Source of the DNA: Takakia lepidozioides
Lineage: Eukaryota > Plantae > Bryophyta
Assembly: GCA_030704615.1 (NCBI GenBank)
Contig: CM060734.1
Span: 35,278,001-35,342,000, forward strand
DNA: 64,000 bases
Direction of reading: 5' to 3'
Under the pieces are notes generated by a model. The model was not told where the DNA came from and did no database searches. It was given only the letters and a program-made list of their open reading frames with translations. Of this stretch, positions 24,403-34,542 are shown piece by piece (within the stretch, counting starts at the first letter, position 1; the number at the start of each line of letters is the position of its first letter). A program made the position numbers and the translations under genes.

Positions 24403-26181
24403 TCAGGAACCGCCGTATACGTCGTCTCTCTCCTCCGGTGACAATGGGTCCAATGTCAGGCTCCCAATTGTCCTCCGTAACTGCAACCTTAAGTCCAGTG
24501 GGCTTAGAGGTAGAGGACGCGTCCCGTGGTTGCTATGCTGCAACCTCTTGAGCAGTACCCCTTCCTGCTCAGTCAATGACAAGGCCTCATCCTGCCCCAT
24601 CATCTCATCATTGAGAACCTCCTCATCCCGAGAAGAATCCCCAACCTCATCCATCACAGCTGCCTTCGCTGCCAACTCCCTCTGAACCTCGAGCACCTCC
24701 CACGTGTGCCATGGATGTCTACACCTCGTGGTCCTCACCGGCTCGCCCCCACTCGCTGCCTGTACCGTCTCGGTAGGCAGAGAGACCGTCAAGGGAAGTG
24801 CACTCCGCACTCTACGTTGCTCAGCCATAGCCAAGCTGACAATCCAGGTCAAGCAATTGAGATCCATTGCTTGCCCCAACACCTGACGACGTGATGCCTC
24901 AGAAAGAGAAGGCACCGCCGTGGTCCCAGTGGAAAACCCCATAGCCCGCTCTCGCTCGTCGGCATTAGGCTCCACTAACTGCTGCAACTGAGCATCCCAC
25001 AGGAGGCCAGGTCCACCATCCCGAAAAGCATGGGATCCTGGGAAGCTGAGCAGTGTAGGTAATGCTGCTCGTGGTTGACCCACCCTGTTGACCACTGCCA
25101 AAGGCGAACGGTCATCGTGTCTCACACGTTGAGACTGCCTTCCTGTGTCCAAAATGCCATCCACGGTGAGGTGTGCTGGCCGCTGCACCCCATCAAATGC
25201 ACGCTTGAGCAGTGCGGGTGGCATCAAGTTAGTCCACCATAGTCGTGGACGATGAGCCCGTGACCCCACTGCAGCTGCATCCAGCAATACTGCTGACCCA
25301 AGCCACGACCGGACTTGATGCACACTGGCCATCACCCTGGCCCGAGAATCACCCATCAGTGGTACATTCTCCAAGATGTATGCTGGAGATACAGCTTGAT
25401 GAAGCTGCAAGCAGCGCAAAATCCGCACCATCTCCCAAAACAGACCCGTCCTCGAGTCTCGCAATCCATTGCCATGCCCGGCTGATGAATGCCCTTGGCA
25501 GGGCCAACCTGCCACTATCAGATCAATGGAGCCAACCTGCTCCAAATCTTGCGCCCCCAACAAGAAAATGTCTGCTGGCAAGGCTTGTTGGTATCCACGA
25601 ACTGCAGACACAGGCAACAAGTCAGGGTACTGCTGTACCAACTGAGCCACATGGCGCAGTGAGACGCGTCGTGCAGTCTCATCCCTCTCCACATACAGGT
25701 AACGCCTTACCCGCACACCTGCCTGTAGCACAGCAGCCAATCCGGTGCTGATCCCGCCAAACAAGTCCAGAAGGCAAATGCCTTCATCCGGCCGCTGCCA
25801 CACAAGAGGTGTGGTGTCCAATGGCGACAACTGAGGTGGCCCTGGTGCAATCACCGCACTCTCCTCCTCTCCTGACGGTACAAAAGCTTCTACCCAAGCT
25901 TGTTGCACCCGTCCATCAGCAGCTTGCTGCAAATCCTTGCTCGTACCCCACAACGGAGTGTGAGCAACCATGGCAGGCAACTCCGCCGTACCATGCATGT
26001 CATCCTGCTCTGCTGGAGGTGGCACATCCTCTGCATGGGCATTGCCTTCCAGCAACTCTCCAGGCCAACTAACTGCAGCTGTGAAGGCGGCTAGTGTTGG
26101 CATTTGCCCCGCTGGGCAGCTGCAATACCCCCAATGAATGTCACAGGGAGCTGTGCACGGCGACCATCCCCTGACTGCCAT
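24403..26181 (-). CDS. DNMT3-like C5 cytosine DNA methyltransferase domain within pol (domain ~24832-25779)
   Basis: Motif I LDLFGGI, II YVE, IV AGWPCQ (catalytic Cys), VI ENV, VIII AHRPRLWWTNL, IX ERERAMGF, X RRQVLGQAM, in canonical order in one open frame. Confidence 0.93.
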   Translation of the reverse strand: MAVRGWSPCTAPCDIHWGYCSCPAGQMPTLAAFTAAVSWPGELLEGNAHAEDVPPPAEQDDMHGTAELPAMVAHTPLWGTSKDLQQAADGRVQQAWVEAFVPSGEEESAVIAPGPPQLSPLDTTPLVWQRPDEGICLLDLFGGISTGLAAVLQAGVRVRRYLYVERDETARRVSLRHVAQLVQQYPDLLPVSAVRGYQQALPADIFLLGAQDLEQVGSIDLIVAGWPCQGHSSAGHGNGLRDSRTGLFWEMVRILRCLQLHQAVSPAYILENVPLMGDSRARVMASVHQVRSWLGSAVLLDAAAVGSRAHRPRLWWTNLMPPALLKRAFDGVQRPAHLTVDGILDTGRQSQRVRHDDRSPLAVVNRVGQPRAALPTLLSFPGSHAFRDGGPGLLWDAQLQQLVEPNADERERAMGFSTGTTAVPSLSEASRRQVLGQAMDLNCLTWIVSLAMAEQRRVRSALPLTVSLPTETVQAASGGEPVRTTRCRHPWHTWEVLEVQRELAAKAAVMDEVGDSSRDEEVLNDEMMGQDEALSLTEQEGVLLKRLQHSNHGTRPLPLSPLDLRLQLRRTIGSLTLDPLSPEERDDVYGGS

Positions 26182-26837
26182 CCAGGCCTGTAGGATGCTG
26201 ACTCCTCCCAGAAATCCAGGGTGAAGCCCATGGGGTATAACACTGCCCCACCAACGAGGACATCGTAAGAGACCGCGTCTGTCACAATGGCCTTGGCTCG
26301 CATCACTGAGCCATCTACAGGATGATCCGGCTGCAGTCTAATAGCCAACTGATGCCGTGTCATGCCGCGAGCCTGCTCTGATCCTCCCAGAGATGTCTGT
26401 ATCTGGAAAGGACAAGGCTCCATATCCGCCTCCATGAGGCCCAAACCTGCAATAGCAGCTCTGCCCAACATCAGTGGCTGAGCTCCTGAGTCCAACAAGA
26501 CCCGCAGTGGCCGGTACTTCTTGCCTGCCGGTCCACTCAAAGTGAAAATGCCTCCCTGGTTGTCTAACAAGACAACTCCAGGTGTCACCATGGCGCGCTC
26601 AATGGCTGGCCTAGCTGGCAGCTCCGTCAACCTGGCAGCTGCAACTTGCCATGGCGCAGCCGTGGCAGTCTTGACCCTCAAATCCGAGGATCCCTCTGCC
26701 ACTATACCTTCCACTAACTCCGCAGAAGATGAAGTGACCTCCCCACTCTCACAGAGAGTTGCTGCTAGTCTGAACACTGCAGCTGGTCTCACCCCCGCGT
26801 CGCAATCATGGTTGCCGAGAACAGTGGGGCTTGACAC
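26091..26837 (-). CDS. Retropepsin aspartic protease segment of pol
   Basis: RVLLDSGAQ active site and YDVLVG motif. Confidence 0.88.
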   Translation of the reverse strand: MSSPTVLGNHDCDAGVRPAAVFRLAATLCESGEVTSSSAELVEGIVAEGSSDLRVKTATAAPWQVAAARLTELPARPAIERAMVTPGVVLLDNQGGIFTLSGPAGKKYRPLRVLLDSGAQPLMLGRAAIAGLGLMEADMEPCPFQIQTSLGGSEQARGMTRHQLAIRLQPDHPVDGSVMRAKAIVTDAVSYDVLVGGAVLYPMGFTLDFWEESASYRPGWQSGDGRRAQLPVTFIGGIAAAQRGKCQH

Positions 26838-27231
26838 ACAGAGGTGGCTGCCCCCAATAACACACCGGCTGCACTAGCCTTGGTAGCAGGTGTCAGTGCT
26901 GCACGTGTAGCTCTCCCCAATGGCATAGTAACCTCCGCCTCGGTAACAGTCGGGCGAGAACTAGGTGCCATGGATGGCGTTGACACTGTCTCCGCCAAGG
27001 TGAATGACTGAGGCAGCCTCGCCTGACGGCTTGCCTCCCCACGTTGTGGATCCAACTCCACCTCTGCACCTCGTGGCTCAGGAACTCGTGCTGCTCCTCG
27101 AGTCACGGCTGCAGCAGACTCCACCTGCTCTAGTGGTAGTGCTGCTCCGCACATGAATCCCATGCCTCCCATATCTCCTCCCTCAGGAGCAGGAGGTGGA
27201 CCATCCCGCCTGGGAGCCGGTACCGCCTGAG

Positions 27232-28710
27232 CTATACCATGGCAGCGAGCCTCTGCTCTAGCTGCTGAAGCCGATTGGCCATGCCTTGGTCAACACCCTG
27301 ACCTCCGCGTCCTTGGCCATGTGGAGCTTGCCCTTGGCCTGCACCTCGTGCCCGACCACCTCGTCCTCTTTGGGCTGGTCCACCTCGCCCCCGGCCACCA
27401 TTGTTCCCTTGGAACTGGCCTGGGCGCAACTCAGGATGCAAGTCATAACACTGGGCATCTACATGCCCATACTTGCCACAATGCCCACACTGCAACTGTG
27501 CAGGCTGTGCTTGTGCCGGCCTTCTGCCATTCTCTGGGCAATCTCTTTGTCCAACATATCACCCCTGGTTGCTGTTGGCCTGCAAAAGATGCCACGGGCC
27601 TCTGCACCTGAGGTCCCCTGTAAGCTCCATGGAACTTGGGCTGGGCAACCTTGCCCCCCTGACCACGCTGTTGGGCAGTCCCTTGTGCCTGTGGGCTGAC
27701 AGCTGTGCCCCGTACAGGCATGTCCTTGCCAAATCCAATTGTAACAACTCGCTCCTCCACCATGTTGAGCTCAATCCGCTCAGCCAGCAGAAACACATCT
27801 GCTAATGTGGGTTGGGCTGCTTGTAACAGGGTTGCATCTCGCACCCTTCTCTTGAGCTCCTTGTCCAGAATTCCATACCAAAACTGGATTGCCTGAGCTT
27901 CAGTAACCCCTTGGGTCACACTTATCAAGCGCCTCATACGAGTGTACGCCTCTCGCAGGCTCTCACTGGGTTTGCGCTGGAAGTCTTGCAAACTTCGCAG
28001 CTTCTCTGTCCGTACACCTTGGTAGTTCCTCCGCAACTCCTGGAAGAACTCCACCACCGGGTTGAATCTAGGCACATGTGTTGTAGTTGTGGCAGGAGGA
28101 GTAGTAGCACCTTTTGAACTGGTACCACCTGCAGAAGTACCAGCACTACCTGCTCCACTACTAGTGCTGGCAGTGGGAGCTATTGGTACTGATGCAGCTA
28201 CTGGTCGCGTCGTGCCTCGAGTAATGGAGACGTAGTCAGGTGACCAATACATCCTCCACTCCTCAATCTCTGCTTCATGTCCTCGCCTGAACTCGTGGTA
28301 ATCGTCCATAGGCGGGCCTTCCAAATGCTGGAACAGTCCCTTCCACGCCATGAATGGGGTGAATAGCTGTGGATTGCGCATCTGCTGCAAATCACACCAG
28401 CTGTCGAACTCCTGGATAAAGTCATCCAACTCGATTGTGCCCACAGCTCCAGAGTACCTACGAGGCCCCTTGGTAGCTCCATACATCTCCTCCATGTCGT
28501 CCCACAACAATGGCGAATGAAAGTGCACACCTGTTGATGAAGCCTCCGAGTTGTGTCTGACTCTACAGTAATTGAGGGTGGCGGTGAAGGTGGTCTGAAC
28601 CGAATACCTCGTCTTGTGAACCCACTCTCACTGTTACTGCCTGTAGCCGTACTCCCCTCAACACCCTTGGGTAACTCCGTAATGACACTCACAATGTGCA
28701 CCTCCTCCAC
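27232..28710 (-). CDS. Gag with CCHC zinc knuckle (several frameshifts)
   Basis: Capsid-like FQRKPSESLREAYTRMRRL; CGHCGKYGHVDAQC followed by an RG-rich tract. Confidence 0.8.
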
Positions 28711-30487
28711 GTGACACTATAAGGCTCTAGTACTAATCTAATAGTGACACGGGTGGGCACCTGTTGCAGTTTAAGGGTCATATCCCAATGGCTCAGGGCA
28801 CCTGCACCTGCATCCACCGCAAGAACTCCTATGGTTGGCTGGTCATCAACCCAGCCTCACCATAGAAGAAACACTGGTGGTCTTGCTGGTCATCACTCCA
28901 GCCTCACCACCGACAGCATACTCTAGGATTGACCGGTGATCAAATCCGGCCTAATCCCTATGAAAGCAAGCGCCCACACAAAACCAACATGGCGCACAGT
29001 CAAGCATGCAGGTGTTGGGGGGGATCCAAACACAAGAAATCAAAACATCAACACCCCCACACCAAAATCCAGCTGCAATGCTGATCCTGCAGAATATCCC
29101 AGCCCAAAACCCCGGACTGACTGGCCTCCACCAAGAGAGGCTTTGGCAACTACAAGTACAAGGTAATGAAAATAGTACAGAGATGGAGGGGAAGAATAGA
29201 AGCCCGACCAAGCAAGATCTAATCCTGATCTATGCTATCAACTGCCAGACTTCTCTCAAAGTGCCTCGCTCTGCATGATGGTAAGGTGTAGGAGGTATAT
29301 CTATGTCCAGAAACCTGCCACTAACCTTGTCCCAAGCTACAGTAGCTCGCTCTAACCAACCCTCCTCCTCTTTCTGCCAGGTAGAGACAAAGCAATACTC
29401 CCCTATCTCCCGCTCACTGAACACTAAAGAAAACAAAGGTAGGGTCTGATAGTCTCTCCACTCGAAAGCTTTGAGACGGTTGCGGGTGTCCTCATTGCGA
29501 ATGATTGCATCCCCTTCAGATAGAACAAACTTGTTCTCGGTAATGAACCCCCGCTCGTGGTTGCCTTGTGCAGAGCGTGTCCGGCTGCAACGCTGTCTGA
29601 TTGCACAAACTTGTGTAGCTCCTGCTCCTCTACTCCAGTACACCACGGCCTTGTGGCTGAACACCTTGGTCCCCGGGGCTGTCTTTGGCTGTGTTCCAAG
29701 CCTAGCTTTCACCCACTTTGGTATTCACCTACAGCTGCAGAACTGCTGGCTCCAACAGAGTTCTGACTGTCCAAGGCGATATTGAGGCCCTCAATGCCAA
29801 CTACAACAGTCTGTTGTCTACTGCTAATGCCTGACTCCCAGTATGCAATCAACTCGTCCAACTGTTCTCCACTCAAATCAGTCTGAGTTCCTTGGGAAAC
29901 ATAAATCCTGTCCCCTTGTGTGCACAGACTAAGAGAAGAGACCTGCCCTTCAATTACGTCCTCATTTCCCCCAGCCATGCAAGGAGTACATCCACCAATT
30001 TGTCTCTCATATAGACCAGAACAGGTTCTAGAAACAGGATTGTGGATCTTTCATGGCACACTCACACTCTAAAAATTCCATAGATTTTTAGCAGAGTCCC
30101 AAAAACAAAAACCAGGTCTAGGTAGGTAGATTCCCCCTTTCTGCAGCTATCCCCTCAAAAATTGTGTCAAACGGAGTTCATTTGCCAAAGATATGACCAA
30201 TTAGGCTCTAAATCCTTTAACTTAGATCAAAAGGGTTTTTTTCTTTTCTTTTCTTTTCTTTTTCTTTTTCTTTTTCTTTTCAAATTTAAAAATTCAAATG
30301 AAGGTGAGAAGCTCTTTGGAAACTTCCCCTATCCTTACATGCTTTTCCACCTGGGTCATGCTTTCTCCCTGCAGGGGTGGAATTTGCATATGCTTATCAG
30401 CGTTGGAGAGGGCGGCAAGAGCGGACGTACTGATTGCGGGCGTACAGAGCTGAAGGATGGGCTTTAGGGGCTATGGCGGCTGTCTCA

Positions 30488-30761
<274 letters not shown>

Positions 30762-32046
30762 AGGATCTGGACTGATCAAGGAGTCGTTTCTCCAGAATGT
30801 GACCCAGTCGAAACTATGTGGTTTGCTGTTGCAATGATGGAAGTGAGAGAGCTCGGAAGAAGCTTCACGAATTCGGCTTCAGGGACGAAATCGCTGACAA
30901 CTCGAGCATTTCTGTCTCTCTTGTGTTTGTGACTGCAAACTCTACATCTTGCCAGGATGATCCGAAACGGAGTGATCTTACCACCCGGCTCTGCTCAGCT
31001 CTCCGAAAGCCTGTTAGATAATAGAAGCCAGGAAACCTAGAACCTTCACTCCAAAACTTCTTGACTGAATATCGGTGGAACTAGGTAGAGTGCACGCTGC
31101 GTGTGGAAAGGGGCGGGAAGGTTGGTAACAGTAGCAACTCGGAATAGAAAGGGCAGCACGTCGCGCGCCATAGATTTCTAGACGGGCCACCTTCTCTTCC
31201 ACTTTCACCGCACATAATCTCCAGCCTGGCGATTCAATTCGAGATCTTGGCTGCAAGACTTGCCGGTACCGAGCTTAACGCTTCTCAAGTGATGTCACCC
31301 GTTGAGTGAGCTCGGCAACTTCCATGGCCTGAACGTTGCCACTGTGCAAGTTAGCTGGGGAGGTGGCGTGCAAGTCAATGACGAACAACCCGGTGAGGAC
31401 ATTTTCCTGCCTTTTCCTCCCCCTTCCCTCCTCGCTTCGGCGTCCTTTCAATGTACTAAGCTAGTGAGCCATGGCCAGAACTAACACCTCCAGTTTGATC
31501 ACCCTTTGCACCTCTGCTCCCCGCATTTCTCTCCACTACTTTGAAGAGTCCACACCCGCATCTTTATACCGGAAGCTGGCCTTTCAACAAACACACAACC
31601 CAACTAAGGCATCTGAAAGCAAGATCGGGAAGAGCACATCGAAACTCTCCACGTACAAGCCGGGGTCCTCCAGATTCCATGCCCGTACCACCTACTTCCC
31701 CAGCAACGAAACCAGACCCTCTTCAAGCTCTACATCATCGTCTTCAAAGTACCGCAGGCCTGGCCGTCACCTGCTCCAAAACTTGTAGACAGCTTTTCCC
31801 AAGCACTGGCCTCCTTTCCTAGAAAACTCAGATGCCCACACTCTTCTCCACATTGGCGAATTGGGCCTTCAACATACAAATGTGACTTTTAACTCCCAAA
31901 ATGTATGGGCCTGAGCAGCTCTCCAGCTATCCCTTTCACTCCAGGCACTTTGTATTCATCCTAGGGACGTTGTGGTAGTGCAGATATCAGCGTTCACAGC
32001 TTGCCAGTGCTGCTCCATGCTGCATTTTTAAGTCTCTCCTTGTGTA

Positions 32047-32175
32047 CTCCAAAGCCTCTGGTGACTTGGTAGCTTCAGCAACTGTAATAACAGTGGCGGC
32101 TCCGGCATCGTCATCCTCCAGGCGTTTCAGGGCACGCTGAATCTTGTGGTCACATTCAATGATATGCTTCTCAAA
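32047..32175 (-). pseudogene. LUC7: Captured fragment of a LUC7-like splicing factor
   Basis: HIIECDHKIQRALKRLEDDDAGAATVITVAEATKSPEALE resembles plant LUC7-like LIVECDRKIGRALKRLQEEDAKAAIAISVSEVTQSPEILE (from memory). Confidence 0.75.
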
Positions 32176-32250
32176 CTAAGCACTACTTACACATAGGTAA
32201 TCTTGCAAGTGCTAACCCTCAACTCCTACCTTGCACTCACAGGTAAGAGA

Positions 32251-32265
32251 TCATCTTTCTCGAGT
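32251..32265 (-). other. Putative self-priming PBS, complementary to 32447-32461 inside repeat A
   Basis: 15-bp perfect inverted repeat ACTCGAGAAAGATGA; no tRNA-type TGG PBS at this position. Confidence 0.7.
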
Positions 32266-32271
32266 GATAGA

Positions 32272-32613
32272 AAACCCACGAACACACTGTTTACACAAAA
32301 CATGAAAACCAAACCATCACTCTTAGAAATAGTAGTCGAGCCAGGGGCACCCCAAGCTATGGGGACTCCACCCCACAACAACCTACACTCCCATCATGAG
32401 TACACTAAGATCTAAACGCATGCAGGAGCTCGGTCGCGCAGGCTCAACTCGAGAAAGATGAGCCGCGCGACTGCCGCTCTCGTGAAGATAAGACGGACCA
32501 GGTGTCAAACTAAACTTGACACCTGATTTAACACTTGACCTAAATCCAAGTGTTAAATACAAATAATTAGTTTTATTCTAGCTGTTTTCACACTGTGCTT
32601 ATTTAACTTGACA
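32272..32613 (-). repeat. Repeat A, 5' terminal copy
   Basis: Direct repeat of 20712-21053; begins TGTCAAG on the minus strand and continues ...TTTTCTATCA to 32265. Confidence 0.95.
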
Positions 32614-32759
32614 GTGCGTTAACACCATGAAGAGTAGGATAAAATAACAATTAACCACTTAATACTCTTCACATGGTTTCTAGTATTATTTGTGCAGAGT
32701 ATAAAAATAACATTTAGAGTGAAATAACACATAAGTAGGTAACAGTAAAACAAGGTTGA

Positions 32760-32763
<4 letters not shown>

Positions 32764-32811
<48 letters not shown>
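32764..32811. repeat. (TA)n microsatellite
   Basis: Pure AT dinucleotide run. Confidence 0.95.
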
Positions 32812-32816
<5 letters not shown>

Positions 32817-34542
32817 TTGAATTAAAATAAACTCGCCCACATAGCCAAACTATGTGTAAGTATGATCTACATCAGGCAATAGGAATTGATGCTATAATAC
32901 AAAATAGGAGACCAATATGTAGCGCGTCTAGGGAATTAGGTTGGTGTTGTTGAGTATTGTGGTATTGTGGCCTTGCCCATGACAATGTCTCGATTGGCCC
33001 AGGGGGCTTACTTGTACAACGTTGTCTTACAAAAGTGAATAGTGTTCTTTTACAAAAAAGAAGATGAGTGTTTGGTTGTTCGTGGTTGTGAGGCTTGGGC
33101 ATATGTAGCTTGTAATTTCGCAAGAAAAAATTAATATGCTTGAAGTAAAACACATCGAAAAGATTGTCCAAGTACACCTTTATTCAATGTAGAGAACACT
33201 TTTGTTTTTGGACATTTTTGATTGGTCCAAATTTTTGGGGGGAGTAGCAGTGGGATGCTTGAAGGAGTTATGGACTCTATAGTGATGAAGGTGCGTAAAG
33301 TGGGGAGAATGATGTCTAGGCGCAAGATGGAGAGATGAAATGTGGCTATGGTGGCGGTTGTGACTAAGGCCGTTGGTAGGAGCTAAATAGGGAATCCCTA
33401 TATTGATAAGGAACAGATAAATGTGAGAAAGGTGAGGTGGAAGTAGCAGGGCACTAAAGTAGTGGATAGTAGAGGTTTTAGCAGTGAGGTGCATTAGGAG
33501 GCACGGAAGAGGAGTGCTCTGCCCCCCAACATCGACGCTTTAGTTGGCGTAATATGGCTCAAAGGGATATGATTTCATGGAATGCTATGGTAACAAGATG
33601 TGCTCAATATGGATGTGGGAGGAAGGTCCCACAACTTTTTGAACAAATGGAACATGAGGGCTTGAAGTGCTTCAAGCCAATGATGCTACATTGTGAGCCC
33701 AGGCCGTGAGCCTGCTAGCCTAGGTTCACGCTTTCCACATGGCAAGCGTACGAGGATATCTATACCTATGGGAAAAAAATACCCAACCCCCCCCCCACCC
33801 CTGCAGATGATTGTAGAACAATCAAGAATAGGAGCTCTAGTGGGAATAGGACTAGCTCTAGTGTTAGGAGCTTCAAGAACGTGAAGGGTTGAAAGTTGAA
33901 GGCCCCAACTTGGCCTTGTAATACAGTTGTTACAAGGGAAGCGCCTGGCAGGCCCACAGTGATCCTTGGAAACTGTTTGCTCTTTGAGTCACGCTCCATT
34001 CATGCCTGCCATGGAACCCAGTTCGTCACACGGCACTGCTTTTGTCGTCCTGCTGCCAAGTGCACGGAAGCTCCTCTCCATCTTTCCTTCCTTCATACTC
34101 GTGTGGTCGCACTGCGATTCTGCGCAGCATTAAACCAGAAAGAGATCATGTTACTTGTGCTTACTATATCATGCATACGTGGATAAACCTTCTAAAATTG
34201 CTCTCTCCAGTATGTAAATCAAATGATCACCTCATCGGCTCAGAAGTATCGTCTTCGGCAATCTTTCGTGGTGACCAGTACAGTTGGAGGTGGAGGTCTT
34301 GGGGCAGCGGACAACGTGACATCCATGCCCCGAGTCTCTTTAAGAGATACAGCTTCCCTACGGCAGTTTCCCACTTCCACTGGTCAGTTTCCTCATTGTG
34401 GGTCTTTCAAATTTTCGAGACACTAGGCACTCATGACCAAGTAAAGCTTCTTCCATATAACGATGGTCTTAAGAAAGTCTGCAATGAGCCAGTCCCCTTG
34501 TAATCAACAGTTGCTAGTATTTTTTCTGACCGAGGATTCAGA

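Noticed and set aside
24403-26181. Bacterial restriction-modification MTase or contamination
   Set aside because: Embedded between protease and RT in a plant retroelement flanked by intron-containing genes; DNMT3-like motifs; no endonuclease partner
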